From Squalus acanthias (Eukaryota): DNA of 64,000 nucleotides. The translations under genes and the position numbers were made by a program. The notes beneath the pieces are model-generated. The model worked only from the letters and a program-made list of their open reading frames with translations. It had not been told where the DNA came from and made no database searches. Where the stretch lies: positions 36,518,001-36,582,000 of the forward strand of contig CM059449.1 in the NCBI GenBank assembly GCA_030390025.1, in the 5' to 3' direction. How positions within the stretch are numbered: position 1 is the stretch's first letter; every line of letters begins with the position of its first letter. Shown here in pieces: positions 60,496 to 64,000 of this stretch.

Positions 60496-61539
60496 GTGCT
60501 AATAAAATGTCCACGAATGGCCAACTCCTGCTCCTATCTTCTATGTTTCTATGTTTAAGACGCTCCTTAAAACCCACCTCTTCGACCAAGCTTTTGGTCA
60601 TCTGTCCTAAAATCTCCTGATGAGGCTCGGTAACGCTCCTGTGAAGAACCTTGAGGCGTTTTACTACGTTAAAGGAGCTAAATTAATCCATGTTGTTGCC
60701 GAACTGCCTGGATTTGCCCAGTGCTGGGAGACAGACCTGGAATCGCTTCTCTATTTACTGTACAGCTGACTCTGTGCAACCCTCAGATTTGATGTACTTG
60801 TGCTGCACAATGTTTAACCAGGCTCCACAATTCAGGGTTTGCAGCACTGTCCCCAGATTTAGAAAGCATTCATCGAAAGATCAAATAAAGGGGTAATTGT
60901 GCTGGAGATTGAAAAACGTCTCGTACAAAGCTGCTGTAAAAGGGAGGTGAGAATGTGGGACTGTGTCATGGAGTTTGTGTATCTGGGAAGTAGAAGGCGG
61001 CCTGATGCGGGTTACAGTTGTTAGGTGTGGGGTTATAGAAAGGTCCTAAGTGCGATATACATGGCGCCGACTGAGAGTTTTGCAAAATGTGCAAAGACTC
61101 GAATCCATTGCACAAGGGAGCTGCTGCCCCTGGATCCGCAGTGACCTCATCGTGAACTGTCTCCGGGACCCCATTTGCTCTTTGCTCTCTGACCCTGAGG
61201 AGCAAACAAAAGCTCGAGGCGTGTGTCAGGACAGCAGTAATATCAGCAACCCGAGTTTTAAACATGGCCGGAAATTCTCTGCAATATTAAATTGCATTGC
61301 TTAATTTTAGATCCTAGAATTGTCTTTCTGTATGAACCTAATTCTAACCCAGGAGACGATTTCCTCTGTGCATTGTGCTCAAGGAGATCCCAAACCCGCT
61401 CATAAGTGCGGATTTACCATCTCACTAGTGTGAATTTTCCTCTCAGTTGCCAAATATCTATTTCAATATAAATAAAAGTGAGCTGGTATATTTTAGTTTG
61501 AGGAATCAGGAGGCCACATACTGCTTGCAAAATAAGGGT

Positions 61540-61950
61540 CTAAATGGGGTAGAGCAGCAAAAAGATCTAAAGTAAACACTCACAGATCAGTAAAAGTAGC
61601 AGCGCAAGTTAACAAAGCCACACAAAGTGCAAACAAAGCACTGGGATTCATTTCTAGAGGAATAGAATTCTAAAGCAGAGAGGTTATGTTAGACTTGTAT
61701 AGAACCTTGGTTAGATCACATTTAGAGTTCGGTGCACAGTTATGGTTCATATTATAAAAAGGAAGTAGAGGCACTGGAGAAAGTACAAAACAGATTCAAA
61801 AGGATGATCCCAGACCGGAGAGGTTATAACTCTCAGGAATGACTGAGCAGACTGGGGCTCTTTTCTCTAGAAAGACTGAGAGGAGCCCTTTTAGAAGTCT
61901 TTAAAATTCTGAAGGGATTCGATAGAGCAGACATGGAGAAGATGCTTCCA
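61540..61950 (+). mobile_element. Old CR1 fragment
   Basis: Degenerate homologue of 19935-20345. Confidence 0.75.
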
Positions 61951-62244
61951 GCAGCAGATCTGGTGGGACAAGACCCCCAGTGTCGGAGACAGGATAAAAC
62001 AGGAAGCTTCAATAATAGTTGTAAAGGTGAGGAACTCTACTGAGAATCCCATCAGTCCAGGGTTTTGCTGAGGTGAGAGTCTAACCAGCTACTGGGAGCT
62101 GTTCAACATCTGCCATCAGGCTTGGCCTTTGATGCAGCCAGTTGACCAAAGCTTAACTTGTCTGTAAACTTTGGCTGTGCTTGGTGAACCAATTTAGAGA
62201 GAGCTTTTAGACTGTATCCAACCCATGCTGTACCTGACCTGATA

Positions 62245-63840
62245 CGATAGCAAAATACTGCGGATGCTGGAAATCCGAAATAACAACAGAAAACGCTGGA
62301 AAAACTCAGCAGGCCAGGCAGCATCCGTGGAGAGAGAAAGAGAGTTAACGTTTCAGGTCGATGACCTTTCGTCAGAACTGGGAAGAGCCGGAAATCAAAT
62401 AGATTTAAGGCCAGGGTAAAGCTGGGAAAAGGGGGAGGGGATAAAGATACAAAGGGGGAGATGAAGAGACAATGGCCCAGAAATTGATCTCGCTCTGTTC
62501 CCGCGGGGGTAAGCCTTTCCCGCGATGTCTCACCTCGCTTATGCTTTTTCTGATCCAGCTCGCACGAAATTGATGTTCCAGACATCAGCTGTGCTGGGCT
62601 TGCGTATCCCAGCGGCGTAGTTAATTCGTGCGAGCTGTGGGATCACGTGACTCAGTTAGAGCCAATGGCAGCACACCATCTTCCATTCATAAGTCTCACA
62701 GCATGGCTGAGAGACTTATGAATCTTACACCCCCCCAAAATAACAGCTAAACCTCAATTAAATTTAAAAAAAAACCCATCACATTAATAAAATAAGTATA
62801 GTTAATTAAATTAACCATTTTAAATAAAAAATTAAATTTTTGAAAAAATTTAAAATCTTTTAAAAAGTTATAAAAATAAACTTACCTGTCTTTAAAGTCT
62901 ATAAAAAAGATATACCTGTAAAAAAAAATTCAAAAAAATACTTAATTCACTACTTACCTTCTTAAAAGCGGGTCTTACTCCTCCTTTTTACATTTCCAAA
63001 ATCTTCAGTACTTACCTGCGCGTCCAAAGCATGAAGTGCACAGCGTGCGCGCAGCCTGTAGCGCGCACGCGATGCACTCCGGCCCCGCCCCCTTTTCGGA
63101 AGAGCAATTGCCGGTTTTCAGCGCATGCGCAGGGCATGCAGAAAACCGGCAATTGGAGTGGGAATACGCGAGAGTATGCAGTGCGTACTCTCGCGTCCCG
63201 GGATCAAGTTTCGGCCCATTAAGAGATATGCAAGGCTAGAGGTGGTGTTAATGTGACAGATTAAGGCTGAAAGAAGTGTGAAATCCACTGGCAGAATGAA
63301 GGACAGCTGCCAGCTTCTAGGAGGAAAAAAAATGTGGGGGGGTGCAAATAAAAGGGTGGAAAAAATAAAATATAAATGTGATTGGAGCTGAGGTTATGAT
63401 CTAAAATTGTTGAACTCGATATTGAGTCCAGAGGGCTGTAGCGTGCCTAAACGAAAGATGAGGTGCTGTTCCTCGAGCTTACGCTGCGCTTCCGTGGAAC
63501 AGTGTAATAGGCCGAGGACGGTGAGGTCAGAGTGGGAGTGGAGCGGTGAATTAAAGTGACAGGCGACCGGGAGCTCGGGGTCCCCCTTACGGACTGAACG
63601 GGGGTGTTCCGCAAAGCGGTCACCCAATCTGCGTTTGGTCTCCCCAATGTAGAGGAGACCACATCGTGAGCAGCGAATACAGTATACTAAATTGCAGGAA
63701 GTACAAGTAAATCGCTGTTTCACCTGGAAGGGGTGTTTGGGGTCCTGGACAGTGGGAAGAGGGGAGCTATAAGGGCATGTGTTGCATCTCCTGCGCGTGC
63801 ACGGGAAGGTGCCGGGCGAAGGGGAAGGGGTGCTGGGGAT
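62245..63840 (-). mobile_element. Penelope-like element with an intact GIY-YIG segment and a hammerhead-like pLTR (62345-62375), split by a MITE
   Basis: ORF 63394-63723 FTCTSCNLVYCIRC...LYIGETKRRLGDRFAEH...VACHFN...EQHLIFRLGTLQPSGLN. The minus strand reads CTGACGA-AAGGTC atc GACCT-GAAACGTT. Confidence 0.88.
62474..63217. mobile_element. PIF/Harbinger-like MITE
   Basis: Ends GGCCCAGAAATTGATC / GATCAAGTTTCGGCCC, near-TSD AAT/ATT, subterminal hairpin at ~63167-63196. Confidence 0.72.
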
Positions 63841-64000
63841 GTACCTGACCTGGGAGTGTTTGATGGGACAGTGTAGAGGGAGCTATCTCATGATTGCCCA
63901 TGATGTCCTCTCCAATTATTGCTCTGATGGTCCCAACACTTGATAACCCCGATGATCGCTCCTCTTACGGCTTTTGACGCCTGTACCTGTTACAGGGAAT

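Noticed and set aside
60966-61304. Overlapping 99-aa and 84-aa ORFs in non-repetitive-looking DNA
   Set aside because: No recognisable domain and no consistent splice signals.

Overview
Repeat-rich vertebrate genomic DNA, most likely a shark or other cartilaginous fish (inferred from the gene families and from the CR1/L2/Penelope/Deu-SINE repertoire), with three assembly gaps. Host genes: the large terminal exon of a GPR139/GPR142-like class A GPCR (+, 43-932); a divergent MHC class I heavy-chain gene (-; alpha1 13241->13403 cut by a gap, alpha2 8311-8586, alpha3 7816-8082, candidate TM exon from 7669) that lacks several classical peptide-anchoring residues; an intact six-exon RING/B-box/coiled-coil/PRY-SPRY TRIM gene (-, 14770-32790, 485 aa) with an ISRE/IRF-type motif 35-52 bp upstream of its ATG; a CpG-island promoter (~34940-35410); a C2H2 zinc-finger pseudogene killed largely by CGA>TGA changes, with a partial duplicate; and a repeated, unidentified two-exon cassette. 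Mobile DNA: many CR1 LINEs (one near full length), L2 and Tx1 fragments, Deu-SINEs, PIF/Harbinger-like MITEs with 3-bp target-site duplications (TSDs), Penelope-like elements carrying minimal hammerhead-ribozyme cores, and a decayed LTR element or ERV with integrase plus a furin-site/fusion-peptide env remnant. There are also at least nine minisatellite arrays, two of which visibly derive from transposon internal sequence. Exon boundaries were read by eye from splice signals. Repeat boundaries are approximate and no database searches were run.
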